A stretch of 64,000 bases of DNA from Camelus ferus (taxonomy: Eukaryota), in assembly GCF_009834535.1 (NCBI RefSeq), contig NC_045697.1, forward strand, positions 39,124,001 to 39,188,000, written 5' to 3'. Both the position numbers and the translations under genes were made by a program. The notes beneath the pieces were generated by a model, which saw only the letters and a program-made list of their open reading frames with translations, was not told the origin of the DNA and made no database searches. Below, piece by piece: positions 51,904 to 64,000 of this stretch. Every line of letters begins with the position of its first letter. Position 1 is the stretch's first letter.

Positions 51904-52221
51904 GGTGGGGGATGTGGGAGCTATTCATTCATACCTTGATATTTGCTTTATAGGCACTCGAGAGAAAATAAAAATGATTTTTCCCCTCCCTTTTCACAAG
52001 AGCCAGTTCTCTTTGTTCTAAGCAGTATATCAAAGAAAACGCTCATGATGGCTAGACAGGCAGTGTAACTGAACAGTGTGGAAGAGGTGTCTTGAGTAGC
52101 GAAATGGCACGTTCTTTCTAAACAGGATGTCTGCTTTTCAGTTCCAGCTCTGCAGGAATCTAGCCCAGTTTCCACATTCCACATCTTCCAGTTTTCCATG
52201 ATGGGCCAGAAATAGCTTTGG

Positions 52222-52975
52222 GTTTGTTTTTGTTTTATAATTTCAACTTTATCGAGATATAATTGTCATTTAAAATTAAAAGATATTTAAAGTGTACACC
52301 ATGGTAATTTGATACATGCATACACTGTGACAGGATTCCCCCAACTAGTTAATTAACACATCCATCACCTCACATATCCTCACTTATCTTTTTTTTTTTT
52401 GATGAGAACATTTAAGTTCTACCCTCCTAGCAAGTTTCAGTGATAGAACACAGTGTTATCAACTATAGTCACTATTTTTTTCATTAGATCCTCAGACCTC
52501 ATCTTATAGCTGGAAGTTTGTCCCTTTTTACCAAATTACTCTATTTCCCCTATCCCGCCAACCCCTTTTCTACACTTCTACTCACTATTTCTATGAGTTT
52601 GACTTTTTTTTTCAGACTCCACATGAATGTGATACCACGCAGTATTTGTCTATCTCTGTCTGGCTTATTTCACTTAACATAATGCCCTCAAGGAGGTCCA
52701 TCCATGTGGTCATGAATGGCAGGATTTCCTTCTTTCTCATGGCTGAGTAATATGCCATGAGATAGATATCTATCAGTGTGTGATAGATACAGATATAGAT
52801 CGATATAGATCACATCTTTATCCACTTGTGCATTGATGGACACTTAGGGTGTCTCTATATCTTGGTTATTGTGAATAATGCTGCAATTGAACATGATAGT
52901 GCAGATATCTCTTTGTTATCTTATTTTCATTTTCTTTGAATATATACCCGGAAATGGGATTACTGGATCATGGAG
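52222..52975 (-). mobile_element. Older L1MA-type 3' end
   Basis: taattaacacatccatcacctcacata...ggcttatttcacttaacataatgccctc...gggattactggatcatg. Confidence 0.85.
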
Positions 52976-53559
52976 ATTGCTGGATTATATTTTTTTTTCT
53001 TTAGTATTGGTAAGTAATTCAATTTACAACAACACTCCCCCCTCACTGGAAAACAAAACAAACAAACAAACAAAAAAAACCAAAAAACCCTGCAAACCAA
53101 ACAAAACACATTAGTGGACTTAGTCTGTCCACAGCAGCCAGTTTGTGACATCCAGTTTAATGACTGTAATTATCTTAATTCTAGGCGGAACTAAATATTC
53201 ATTTTAAAAAAAATTTCCTGAAAAAAATGTTAAGAAACAGTGGCTATTCTTTAAGAGTTCAGGGGCTTATGAAGAATAGAATGGCACTGTATCATGATGC
53301 AAGGGTACAAAAGTTGGAATTTGAAGGATTTAGAGAAGAAAGTGGCACAAACCCAGAAATGCATTGTTCCTCCAGATGGAGAGACACAGGGGAGGCAAGT
53401 TTCCAAATGGCAGAGCCTAAAGCCCTTCTATTGGCCTTAGAACCATATTATTTTCAGGAGACAACTGAGCTGACTGTATGGATAGATCAGAACCACAATT
53501 GTTTCAGTGGGGACCAATCTGGGCTTCAGTCTAGAGACCAGTTTCTAATTTTCTCAATA

Positions 53560-53970
53560 CGAAAGTGTCAGGAACTTCTGACTATCCTCTATGTTCCCTC
53601 TATTCCCATGGTGATAGAATTTTTAGTGAGGAACATGGTCACCCTATCAGCATCTGTCACTACTAAGTTCATGTGCAGCTAGATATGGCCCTGTGACCAC
53701 CTTCTGGCCATTGAGGAAGAAATAATGTGTACAATCTTAAGGTCAGACCCATAAAAGGAGAGGTCCAGATCGCTCCTCTTATTTTCCCTTAGCTGGAACA
53801 GGGGCATTACACCATTTTAGATCAAGAATTGAACACCCTGAGTCAAAAAAAGCAAATCAACAATGCAGAAGGCAATCCTACCAAATCTTGGTCATCTACC
53901 CAGACTTTTATGTGAGAAAGAAACGTTTTTAGTGTGTGTAAGGCACTGAATTTATAGGTCTTTTATTACT
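53560..53970 (+). mobile_element. Old MLT1-type LTR fragment
   Basis: gcagctagatatggccctgtgacca..ttctggcca...agacttttatgtgagaaagaa. Confidence 0.5.
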
Positions 53971-54049
53971 TTAGCCTAACATTTACCCTATTGAATTCAA
54001 GAGGCCCTGGGGTTTTTATAAGTACTTGAGGGTAACTTATCCCCCACAA

Positions 54050-54128
54050 AAAAGAGAACGAAAGAGAGAAAGAAAGGGAAGAAGAAAAGAAGGAAGGATA
54101 GGAGGAAGGAAGGAAGGAAGGAAGAAAG
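54050..54128. repeat. GA-rich/(GGAA)n low complexity
   Basis: Seen directly. Confidence 0.9.
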
Positions 54129-55615
54129 GCCTGTGCCTGAGTAATTCCAAAGGCCAGAAAGATAGAGCCAGTATTAGATTTAATTTTATTTAGAAAAATA
54201 TATCTACATGTCCAAATGTTATGGAACAATTTGTGTTGATTACATGTTTCTGCCACTGAAAGAAGAATAAAACAGAGTGTCTTGTGTAGGCATTCTAGTC
54301 TTGAAGTATTTTCTTTGACATCCACCATGGCTGAGGTCTGGGTGCTTGAAAATGTTGCCCATGAAGACAAGGGAAATTTTCCCATAATGGATCTATTCCT
54401 CTATACAAAGAAAGCATCACATATGTATATTTTTAGTCATGTTTGGATGACTAGTATTAACTGTGATTTGTGCTTTGATTATTTTGGACGGTGGCCTGAA
54501 ATTTTTCTGACAACAAACCTTTAAAAGAAAATAATTTACTATTTCTCAACAGTGAATTTAGGCACATGGATTTTTTTTTCTACCCATTTCATCATACTTA
54601 ATAGTTTTTTACTCTTCTTTTCAAAACAATACTTAAAAACTATCTTATTAAATAGATTGAGGGAATACAAACATGAGAATAGGCAGAAACCTAATCCAGT
54701 AAAAGAACCTGGTGTGGTATTAGAGATCATCTATATTTATGACAATCTCAGCTTATTACTTGATGTATCATTTATGATGATGAGCTTCAAAGGTACAGTG
54801 AAGCCCAATATAACATTAGAATGAACAGCAACAATCCCTTTTAGATATTACAGAACCCTTAACAGAGCCAAAAATATTGCAGGGAGTTTTGTTGTTGTTG
54901 TTGTTCTAAAGCCTAGGGAACATTTCCCTTTATGGAAAAATTAAATCCAGGGTCTATTTCCTTCTTTAAGAGATCTGCTAGCCTGTATAAAGATACATTA
55001 AAAAATCAGGCATTTCTTTATTTCAACAAATACATAAATGAATGCTCAAAGTCTATGCTGAGAGTGATTAAATATAATAAGTAATCTATGTCAAAACATT
55101 TTCCATAGCTGACAGTGTGTCCTGCATTCCTTGAACTTCAGCCCCTGTGGTCTGGGACAGTCTCACATAACAAGCTTCTTCCCCAGGAAGCCCTCATTAA
55201 CATCTGTGGAATAAATGAATGAGTGAAGAGAGGACTAAATTAACACCAGACAAAATTTCCATCAAGTTAAAATATTATCTACCTACATGGAGCAACTGGC
55301 CTTGTTTGACTTATTTTGTTTACCTATATTCTTATTAAAATTCCTCTTCAAAATTTGGAGACTATTTGTAAATTTGCCAGGAAGTATCAGATATTATCAC
55401 ATTGGAGTCTATAGAGATGCATAACTGGACATAATTGGGCATTCCTTAGACTGGGAAATACATGAAAGGCTGAGGTATATCTTGAGAGAGAAAAGCATGG
55501 AATATATTATGTGTATAATACATAACAAGGCATTTCCTGAACTGGGAAATACCTAGAAAGCTGGAATATATTACGGAATATGGCCCTGGAGGAATAGAGT
55601 TGGGGACAATATAAA

Positions 55616-55945
55616 CCAATACCATCCGATAGAAATATGATGCAAGCCACAAATGCAAACTACATGCATCATTTTAAATTTTCTAGTAGCCACACTAAAA
55701 ATGTAAAGAGAAACAAGTACATTAATTTTAATGAGATATTGATTTAGCTGAACATATCCAAATTATTACACTTCAGAATGTAAGCAGTAACAAAATTATT
55801 AATGAGATATTTTATATTTTTTGCAAACTAAACCTTCAAAATCTGGTGTGTATTTTACACTTAATTACATGTCAGTTTGGACTAGGCACACCTGAAGTGC
55901 TCAACAGACTCGTGAGGCCAGCAGTTACCCTACTGAGCCAAATAG
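55616..55945. mobile_element. MER33-like hAT-Charlie element
   Basis: atagaaatat.atgcaagccaca...ttttctagtagccacact...aaatctggtgtgtattttacactt...gtgctcaa. Confidence 0.8.
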
Positions 55946-56319
55946 AGGATTTGTTACTTTTCCTTTTATTCTGAGTTGTCTCTTTCTCAGAGAATGGAGG
56001 AGAAATATAACCCTCATATTTGTGTTTTTGTTTTGTTGAAAGTACTGTTAATATCTAAAATATTAGACACAGCACTAGTAAGTCAAATAGAAGCTATTTG
56101 AAAGTTTTGCATATGTTAATGCTGCACGACTCTTAAAAGTCAAAACCCAAAGGAGGCAGACTACATTGAATTCATAAAATGCAGATTTATAAACTGTGAT
56201 TAAAATTTGCAGAACTGCCTCATACTTAATCCCATACTTCTTGATTTCATTAGCTGAAATTATGTTCTGGTCTTGACTTCTGAATCTATGACCCTGGGCT
56301 TTCTGCCTTGTCATACAGG

Positions 56320-56460
56320 AGAATGAATATGGCTTTGAAACCAAATACTAGGCTTATATTTGACTGATGTCTCTGTCTTATCTTCTGTAAACTGGAGCTA
56401 GTAAAACTTAAGCTGAGAGTTTTTCCATATCAGATGGGATGATATAGGTAAATTGCTTCT
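56320..56460 (+). mobile_element. MIR fragment
   Basis: gaatatggctttgaa...tcttctgtaaactggag...gatgatataggtaaa. Confidence 0.5.
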
Positions 56461-57297
56461 TTTCTTTCCCTAATCCACTGCAATTTGTTCTCATTGCCTT
56501 TCATTTGCTTGCCTTGAATTAACTATCATCCTGTCACCAGCCTTAAATCTCCTGCACATGCGTTAAAACCCTTTCAGACTATGCCCAGTGCTGAATGAAG
56601 GGTGTCTCTGGTTGCCAGCAGACTCAGCCCTAGACTGTGCCACCACCACACCCCTCATCACCCAAGGTTATTTCCTCTCACTCACTAGGACAACGGACAA
56701 GAAAAGAACTACATGTTAAGAGGCAATTATCCAGTTTCTACTTCAGCTACATCTTTCCCTTATTTTCCTCATTCCTGCTGCTTGTTCTTCACCATTATTT
56801 CACTTCCCATTAGCACCTACTGCACTGAGGAGCAAAGAATGAAAAGTAGTGAACATGACGCAGTCTATTTTAGGTATTAACAAGATCACTTTAAAACACT
56901 ATATAATAAAGGGTGCTCTAACTGTCGAGAAAAATAACTGCAATAGAGCAATGGAGCAGAAATGCGTCACATAGCAGGGTGGAAATCACAGAAATGATTT
57001 GTAAGAAAAGGCTGAACAGGGCACAGGCAATGACCTTCCATCCAGCAGAGTAGAAATCCTAACACCACAGGCCATCAGGCAAATTAGCATAAGAAAATCT
57101 GAGTGTCACAAGGAACACAATTCCCACATCTTCAATCATCCCAGTTAGGCTTCAGACCTTTTACATGCTAAAACTTTGTGTTCAGTGTATGTGTGTATGC
57201 CGTGGTGTGGGCATATACTTCAAGGTTGGGGTAGGGAAAGAATTTGTCGTTTTTATATAGCATCTATGAGTAAATACCAAATGTGCTGGGTTTTGTA

Positions 57298-57372
57298 TTT
57301 GTTTCCTTTTTTATTGAAGTACAATTGACATACAATATTATATTAACTTCAGGTGTACAACATCGTGATTTG
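57298..57372 (-). mobile_element. Very short L1 3' tail
   Basis: ttttattgaagtacaattgacatacaatattatattaacttcaggtgtacaacatcgtgatt. Confidence 0.75.
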
Positions 57373-57480
57373 CAGGTGGGGGGCCCAGGGATCTCCTCAC
57401 TGGGACTGCCTTGAGAGGACAGCTGTAGCTGGTGTGAGCCAGAGAACTTGGCAGGTGGGCTAGAGCACAAGAAATGTGTT

Positions 57481-58170
57481 CTTTTTTTTTTTGTAATTGA
57501 AGTATAGTCAGTTATAATGTGTCAATTTCTGGTGTACAGTATAATGTCCCAGTCACACATCTACATACATATATTTGTTTTCATATTCTTTTTCATTAAA
57601 GGTTATTACAAGATATTGAACATAGTTTCCTGTGCTATACAGAAGAAATTTCTTTTTATCTATTTTTATATATAGTAGTTAATATTTGTAAATCTCAAGC
57701 TCCCAAATTTATCCCTTCCCACCCACTTTCCCCCAGTAATCATAAGATTGTTTACTACGTCTGTGATTCTGTTTCTGTTTTGTAGATGAGTTCATTAGTG
57801 TTTCTTTTTTATTTTTTTAGATTCCACATATGAGTGATATATGGTATTTTTCTTTCTCTTTCTGGCTTACTTCACTTAAAACGACAATCTCCAGGTCCAT
57901 CCATGTTGTGGTAAATGGCATTATTTTATTCTTTTTTATGGCTGAGTAGTATTCCATTGTATAAAAATACCACAGCTTCTTTACCCAGTCATCTGTTGAT
58001 GGACATTTAAGTTGTTTCCACGTCTTGGCTATTATATATAGTGCTACTATGAACATTGGGGTGCATGTATCTTTTTGAATTAGAGTTCCCCCTGGCTATA
58101 TGCCCAGGAGTGGGATTGCTGGATCATATGGTAAGTCTATTTTTAGTTTTTTGAGGAATCTCCATACTGT
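57481..58170 (-). mobile_element. 5'-truncated L1 (ORF2 C-terminus + 3'UTR)
   Basis: ORF 57817-58056 MFIVALYIIAKTWKQLKCPSTDDWVKKLWYFYTMEYYSAIKK is the L1 ORF2 C-terminus. Poly(T) at 57482. Confidence 0.93.
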
Positions 58171-60414
58171 GCTGTTTTCAATTAAGCAGAGTAATATAAT
58201 TTTGTGGTTTAAAAGTACCACGTAGAATTCCAAATATTTCTAGAATTTCAGAATAGGGTAAGCCTAACATATTCCAGGGAAAGTAATAAGGTGGATATTA
58301 TCATTGATAATAAATAATTGATTGAAAAAAAACCAGTTCCAGCCTGTTATTTATTTAAGCATTTACTGAATATTGGAAGACCAAAGAGGGCCTACCCTAG
58401 AAGAGCTTGGAGTCATAAGGAATAATTCAGAGGCAATAACACTAAGTTTAAAACAGACAGCAAAACTTGACATCAAACATAATTTCTGGATTAATTTTTT
58501 TCTAGCCCACACTAAACTTAGATTGAGAAACCCTTATTTCTAGTACTAACTCTGCCAACCGCTTGCTGTATAATCTACACAGCATCTCGGAACCCACTTT
58601 CCTACTTTACACATATAGGGAGAGTACACTGTGCTCTCAGTTTTTGTCAGCGTTAACATTCTGAAATTCCAATTCTATTTTCTAAAATGGTGTTTTATGG
58701 TTTACATTTTTAAATTAAATATAAATATCCGATACAACATAAAATTTCAGGATCAGGGTGGGAGACCCAAATTTACTAGGGAAATTAGAAATGATAAACA
58801 TCAAAATCTTCAAATTTCTTGGAAGCTAAAGCAAATAGAAAAAGAAAATAGTCTGATGAGGCAGCTTCTCCTTTACATGGGAAAACTCAAAGAAGCACTT
58901 TATATGAGATAATATTATTTATGAAGTCATCATGCTCAATGACTTCAACACCAGCACTGTAGAAAATGCAATTACTCCTTCATAATATCATGCTGGTGTG
59001 AAATCTCCATGTAAGTTCAGAGAAACTAATCTATCTGGCTCTCAAGTTACCAGCCCAGAAATAGAGATTGTGCCTTGGGTTTTCACAATCAGCAGAATAA
59101 GGAAAATAATTTGTCTACCAGTGACTGACACATGAAGAAACGACTCTTGCCAGATTTTCACTTCTCAATTTTTTTCCTCTAAGAAACTTTTTTGAGTTAA
59201 TCTGACTTTTAAAAAAGTCAAAAAAATTGTATCTACATTTTAAGTTATGATTTGATATAACTTTTAATGAGTTCAGTTTTTCTGGAAATATATGGCATTG
59301 GGTGACAGATTGGCCATATTCTAGTTCCCTCCTGCTCTATTAAAAGCCATGGAAGAAATAATAGAGAAGCTACTTATCCATTGAGAACAGAGGGTTTCCT
59401 GGTTACCAAGGCTGTCCTCTCTGAGAATAATATTAACCCTTGCACTAAAAAAGAGCTTGATTTCAGCTCAGTCTGTATAAAAATGTGCCCTTTCTGACAA
59501 AAGACTCTGAATCAAGGTAAGTCCAAGAGGGAAAGTAACAGTACAATACTGAATTGCATCATATGATACTGGCAAGGCTCCTGATAGAAACTTCTCCTTC
59601 TGTATTTTTGGCTTCATGTTTATGCTAATCTTATAATCAATATGAAAAACAGTGTGGGACAAAACTTAAACTTAGTGTTTGTGAATCTTTTCAGCTGAAA
59701 AGATTTTCTATTCCTATTCTTAACAGAGAGAACCCAAGAGTTGGGAGAAGGCCAAATTTCAGGTGTAACTGAATGGCTGATGAGGAGTTTTGGTTGCAGG
59801 CTGGAAATTAAAATGAAAAATGCTTCCCACACTTCTTAAAGGTCTGTCACTCCAAAATGCATTGATATCTTAAATTATGTCTTACTGGATTATTAAAAAA
59901 TTTTAGTCATGTACATGCCTAGCCAGGTAACTCATCTCCAGATGTCTTATTTTCCCATATTGACAGGAAAAGGATCACACAGTATCTCAGATGTTTTATT
60001 TCAATATTATGCAGCAAAGAGATGAAAAAATGCCCAACTACTTCCTTTTTATCAGTATTCCTATTTAGCAGCCCTCCTCAACTACTCTACCCCATCAAAG
60101 CTCCCAGGCCACAGATTCTACAGCTTTTTCACTATTACCCTCCCTCCTGTGCTCCCTTCCCTCTTTAGCTGGAACTTAAGAGTTCATGGTCCACCATGAA
60201 AATAATTTATTGCCAAATGCTATTTCTCTCTTTTCTCTCTGTATCATCCTACTTTGGCAAAATCCCAGTTTTAATTAAAATCAACTAAGCCATTAAGTCT
60301 CAACCTGCAACCAAACAGGAGAAAACACACACTTACCGAGTTTGAATGTACCGTATGGCCACAAAATCCCAAGGGGCATGCAGCACTGCTCAGAAATTGT
60401 TTATCATGTGACTC

Positions 60415-60845
60415 TTCAAAATGGCTATTTCGTGCCCCACAAAAGATGTTGAAGTCCTAACCCCATACTGTGAATATGATCTTATTTATAGATGATCAAG
60501 GTAAGATGAGGTTGTTAGGGTGGACCCTAACCCGATAAGATTGTGTCCTTACAAATAGGGGAAATTTGGACACAAAGACAAACGTGCAGAGAGGGAAGAT
60601 GATATGAAGACACAGGGAGAAGAGGGCCACCCACAAGCCAAGGAACACCAAAGACTGACAGAACCCCTAGAAGCTAAGAGGCAGGAAGGGAGTCATTTCT
60701 TCTTCACTGCCCTCGGAGGAAGCCAACTCGGCTGACAGCTTGGTTTCAGACTGCTAGCTTTTAGAACTGTGAGAAAATAAATGTGCACTGTTGAAGGCAC
60801 ATAGTTTGTGGTAACTTACGATGGCAGCTCTAAAGCCCTCACACC
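60415..60845 (+). mobile_element. MaLR LTR (MLT1B-like), adjacent to L2 remnant 60090-60400
   Basis: gatgttgaagtcctaacccc...gggtggaccctaa...ggggaaatttggacaca...agaactgtgagaaaataaa. Confidence 0.85.
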
Positions 60846-62197
60846 ATAGACTTCATACACTCTTTGCTACTTCAGCTGCTAGGGAGCTACAGCAACTGGA
60901 GGGTACGTTCCGGCACCAGAAACAACAACCAGTAACAAGGTACAGATTATTTAGAAAACAAAGAAACTATTTGTCATAGGAAGAAATGGAATTTTCTTAA
61001 CCCTACGTTCATGCAGATCTTGGCTCACCTCTGGAAGGGGAACAATTTTCCACAGTAATCAGTTGATGAGCCCACCATTTTATTTAATGTTTGTTGTGTG
61101 TCCCAAACTCATTTAAGAAATATGTAAAAAGTGAAAATAAAATCCTATCTTTAAAGAGATCGTAATTAGTTGGGGGTAGGCAAGACACTGACCAAATTGA
61201 AAATCAATAAAAGGCAATGTCTAACAGATTTCTAAATTGAACAGTGTTGTAAAACTCAACACTAGTATGAAAAGCTTATAGGAAAACTGTCTTTTAAAAT
61301 TATGTATTTAATATGTGCAAGCAGAATACATAATACTCCAAAAAAGAAATTTACTTTTAAATTAACCTTACTTTAAAGGTTTTATTTACTAGAGCTCTCC
61401 ACTCTTAACTACCAGCATCTTGACTACAATTGTGACTTGGTGTCCACGTCATCTAAATATCTACATACAACACCTGAAGAAGCACTTCTGTCTCTGGACT
61501 CAAACCATCTAATAAGAAGGGTTAACTGAAAACAACAAAAGCTAGAACGTAGAACATGAATTATATGTGCTTTTCTTTCTTCCAGCCCATTGTTATATTA
61601 CATACTATTATATATTAATTGTCATATCATATATATCAAACCACAAATAATACATTCACTATAAATTCCTTAGAGGCACGACGTGTGTCTTGTTCCCACC
61701 TAGGGTCAAAACCTTTCAAAAAATTGGTCGAATTAGCAAACAAAAGAATAAATGGGCTTCTGATATTAACTCCTCACCAAGGAAGATATTTACACTCATC
61801 TACTTGCTCTGGTGCAATACATTTTTCTTCCTTATTGTGTTCACTATTAATCCCTTAATGTGCGATCCACACTGCTCTCTTCTCACACCATTCAGACTCC
61901 CTGCCTCAGGACACTTAGAACTACTTGCAGGAAATTCTAAGTCTTTGCTGATGTGCTTGCTCAAAGTTCACTTTAAGTTCAGAACCATTGTCAATTACAC
62001 TGTGAGGGAGGCTCCGTTACCCTCCAGCGCGTTCCACAGCAAAGGTTGTTTGTTTACTGGTAGGTTGCTTCTTTTTTTTCTTTCATGTTTTTTTGTTTGT
62101 TTGTTTTGGTAACTGCAAGTTAACACCCATCAAAATGTCAAGAAATTAACCCAGTAGGTTGAGCCCAGCTATTTTGCGAAGGAGGGGTTCAGGGTGG

Positions 62198-62284
62198 AGA
62201 AAAGAAAGAAAAGGGAAGGAAGGAAAGGGAAAGTAATGGAAGGGAAGGGAAGGGAAAGGAAGGGAAGGGAAGGGAAGGGAAAAG
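62198..62284. repeat. (GGGAA)n polypurine tract
   Basis: Seen directly. Confidence 0.93.
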
Positions 62285-63379
62285 TTCATTCACACTACAG
62301 GTAAATATTGCCTTAAAAATTGTTGCATTTCCTACCTAGGAATGCAATAATTTTTGCATTCAACAGTCAAAAAAATTTTTTTAAGCTACTACATACTCAT
62401 CCTCTCCATTAGCAACTTTCGGCCATGGGATAGTTTTTTTTTTTTAAATATTTGCATGACTCCATTTCTTTGGCTTCTTTGAATTGATTGAGCTTGTGTC
62501 TGGCTTTCCCTCAGTTCTGCTCTCTTTGCATCATTGGTACCTGTGTTTCTATCTTTTTGACAAGAATAACTTCCAGAATATGGCCACTTTGAGAACAATC
62601 TCTCAGGTTTCTCAGGACACCTAGATCAAGAAGCTTGGGTGATTTACTGTATAATTCTTAATAGATGAGCGACACTAGCCCTGGACAGGTGACAAGTAAA
62701 TATGTTGTATCAGACTCTGCTTCTGCTCTTGGGCACAATCCAGTATCCACTTATTGTCCATTGGACGCAGGAAAATGAGTACTTAAAGCATCCTATGAAC
62801 TAAGTCCCTGTGGCTCAGATGATTAATTCAGCATTATGTGCCAAAACTCTATAAACTAAATCTTATTAAATTTAGGGTGTCCCTGCTTAAACTAAACAAA
62901 AGGTTCTCCTGAGCTCCCAACAGGAAAAAGTTCTCAAATCAGTTGGATAGGACCAGCTTATGTACTGAGACGCCCTAAAGTTATGACCCTAAAGTCACCA
63001 GTGGGGAGCCCAGGATTGGGGCCCAGTAATTGCTGAGACATTAAGGAAGGACTTTGGCTCACCGACTATGTGATTCTCAAGAGGACAAAGACACTTGTTC
63101 CTGATTGAGTGGTACGTGGAGAGTGGTAGACTCAGATCCCGGCATTGGAGACAATCCTCCCCACTAAGCTAGTTCTGTGGAGCAATGCTGCTCCTTAAAG
63201 ACTGTGAAAATGAAAATACTCTCACCCTCCTGTTACTGACAGAAAGCTTCAGTTAAATGAAACAAAAGGATTCAAAGAAAAGATCAATGTGATGTCTGTG
63301 TGTGGTGAAATAGAGGCGGAGCATTCCTCTAGCTCCACGCCTGTTCAAAATTCAGTGCTCCCCATTGCTATCCAATCCA

Positions 63380-63935
63380 TTCCTCAACTGAAAATAAATG
63401 CTCAAGGCACCTATGTGTGCACGGTCCTAGGGGCTCTGTACTTGCTCTCAAGGGCTTTACCCTCTGGTATGGGATATAGCTATTAAACAAGTAAACTGCA
63501 AAAATAATTGTGTGTGTGTGTGTGTGTGTGTGTATAAAATTACAAACAAATACTAAGAAAGGGGGGGGGAACTATGGTGCTATGAAAAAAATGACGACAG
63601 GGAACACAGGTTACTGTGAAATAAGTCATGACGGATTATGTTTAATCTGAGACCTGAATGATACAGAGAAGCCATCTATTTCAAGGTGGAGGAAGAACCT
63701 TATGGTCGGTGGGGGACAAGGAAGATCTGAGCTAAAGGAACTGCAGGAGATACCACGTGAACGGCTGGGACGGAGAGCAACGGGGGGAGTGGGAGGAGAG
63801 GAAACTGGAGGAACAGGCAGGTGGTGGTAATACAGGGTTTTGCAGGGTAAGAAATTTGGGTTTTATTCTAAATGCACTGTGAAGCTATTAAAGGGCTTTT
63901 AGCAGGAGAAGAACCAGATAAGACTGATTTTTTAA
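63380..63935 (-). mobile_element. L2 fragments with embedded (GT)n at 63509-63534
   Basis: gggttttattctaaatgcactgtgaagctattaaagggcttttagcagg. Confidence 0.65.
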
Positions 63936-63944
63936 ACTTTTTTA

Positions 63945-64000
63945 AAGTTTTTTTTTTAATTTGGGGGGTTATTAGATTTATTTATTTATTTGTTCATTGA
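63945..64000 (-). mobile_element. 3' tail of another Vic-1-like SINE, running off the window
   Basis: T-run, gggggg, attagatttatttatttattt as in the tails at 3291-3340 and 6997-7040. Confidence 0.6.

Noticed and set aside
53227..54824. ORFs of 80-151 aa as coding exons
   Set aside because: No recognisable protein similarity. They overlap MLT/low-complexity sequence and lack convincing paired splice sites.

Overview
Mammalian genomic DNA, probably camelid: it carries tRNA-Ala-derived SINEs resembling the camelid Vic-1 type and artiodactyl-type L1 3' ends. It is repeat-dense and appears intergenic or intronic. No intact protein-coding gene is supported, and most ORF-track entries are spurious. 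Main content: (1) an old minus-strand ERV1-class provirus (<1-6512) with two LTRs and a tRNA-Arg primer-binding site; (2) a complex ERV locus at 10.66-17.18 kb. There a solo LTR sits inside an older LTR. Next to it, a ~4.9-kb mosaic (a polyadenylated minus-strand ERV 3' portion fused back-to-back with a plus-strand pol/env remnant) is embedded at the centre of an unusual array of alternating inverted repeats; (3) a full-length HMGN1 processed pseudogene nested in an L1 that is itself nested in an L2; (4) a TSD-flanked 1.66-kb L1 derivative made only of 5'UTR and 3' end; (5) a 5'-inverted L1, plus many old MIR/L2/MLT/MER fragments and microsatellites; (6) one candidate minus-strand exon at 30048-30154. 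Repeat subfamily names come from remembered consensus resemblance, not a database search, and old-repeat boundaries are approximate.
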